A stretch of DNA of 52,588 nt, filler included, from Circinaria calcarea (taxonomy: Eukaryota): NCBI GenBank assembly GCA_051942165.1. It is 2 parts of 2 records of this genome, joined end to end, with 100 filler letters (N's around TTAATTAATTAA, not from the genome) between each part and the next. Parts side by side here need not be neighbours in the genome. Positions count along the whole stretch, not along the records: positions 26,363 to 52,588 come from JAVECS010000083.1; 1 more part is not named here. One strand, 5' to 3'. A program made the position numbers and the translations under genes. The notes below the pieces were generated by a model that did no database searches, was not told the origin of the DNA, and saw only the letters and a program-made list of their open reading frames with translations. This document shows, in pieces, positions 51,764 through 52,588 of this stretch (positions are counted from its first letter, which is position 1; each line of letters starts with the position of its first letter).

Positions 51764-52588
51764 ATGGCCTCACCTCTGTGCGCCCACGTCGACGACACCT
51801 TTGGCCCACACGCAGTCAACTGTCGCGGCAACTTTGACTTCACCCTGCTGTTCGAGGAGAGCATCCTCGCCATCTCTCCGCTTGCCCTATTGCTGCTTGT
51901 CGCCCCCTTCCGCATCTTTCACTTGCTCAAGAAAAGGGTCAAAGTTTCTTCGAGTCCACTGTTGCCTCTGAAGTTGGTACGTGGTCATGTTCAGCCCCAC
52001 GTCCAGGTCTCCACGGTTGAGAGCGCGTTGACACGTGGATACTGATATCTCCTGTTCGTTATAAAGGTTTCGTTCGCCATCTTTGGAGCTTTGCAACTGG
52101 CACTTCTGGTTCTTTGGGCGAAGCCATCGGCGACCAGAACACGGGCATCCATTCCTACAGCTGTGCTAGCGCTCGTTGGATCTCTGGTCCTCTGTCTGTT
52201 GTCTTATGTAGAACATGTGCGCTCGGTTCAACCGTCCACGATCCTCAATGTCTATCTCTTCTTTTCCCTCCTTTTCGACGTTACAAGGACGAGGACCCTG
52301 TGGTTGCAGCGGTACAACCACGAGATTGCCATTGTCCTTACCGTTGCTGTTGTCATCAAAACTGTCATTCTTGTGCTCGAAGCCTCGGAGAAGAGACGCA
52401 TCTTACTACCTAAGTACCAATCTTATCCACCCGAGGCAACAAGTGGGATTTTCAGCCGGTTCTTTTTCTGGTGGCAGATTCCTCTCTTTCGGACAGGATT
52501 CTCAAAGGCACTGTCCGTGGACGATCTCTTCAAACTCGACAGACACTTAGCATCCGAATTCTTGCAAGGTTTGATGCAATCTGCATGG
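51764..52588 (+). CDS. ABCC/MRP-type ABC transporter, N-terminal TMD0 region, runs off the window; exons 51764-51976, 52067->52588
   Basis: DDTFGP...CRGNFDFTLLFEESIL, LSYVEHVRSVQPSTILNVYLFFSLLFD...RTLW and PPEATSGIFSRFFFWWQIPLFRTG...DDLF are typical N-terminal motifs of fungal ABCC transporters. Confidence 0.92.

Noticed and set aside
1..52588. tRNA, rRNA, CRISPR arrays, TPP riboswitch, intact transposons
   Set aside because: No matching motifs, spaced repeats, terminal repeats or transposase/RT ORFs were seen by eye. A covariance-model scan would be needed to exclude small RNAs.

Overview
Filamentous ascomycete (Pezizomycotina) genomic DNA with short GT-AG introns. A 100-nt artificial spacer (44 N + TTAATTAATTAA + 44 N, 26263-26362) divides the window into two parts that may not be truly adjacent. 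The left part is a dense housekeeping block: HSP90 (3' end outside the window), a septin-like GTPase with a hydrophobic C-terminal tail, an NTF2-RRM-RGG (G3BP/Bre5/Nxt3-like) gene, a small uncharacterised gene, a TPR-like gene, exportin-T (LOS1), TAF5, MED11 and VPS5. The right part holds a >7,700-aa NRPS (half-C-A-T-E-C-A-T-C-A-T-E-C-A-T-C-A-T-E-C-T-C, truncated at the gap) of the NPS4/fusahexin-Pes1 type, transcribed divergently from an ABCC transporter. The most unusual signal is in TAF5 intron 1. At 1,215 nt it is about 20x longer than the typical intron here and contains a same-strand Myb/SANT-like coding cassette whose putative splice sites are all phase 0, so it could be a nested gene or be spliced into TAF5. 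All exon structures were derived by hand from the sequence; no database searches were run.
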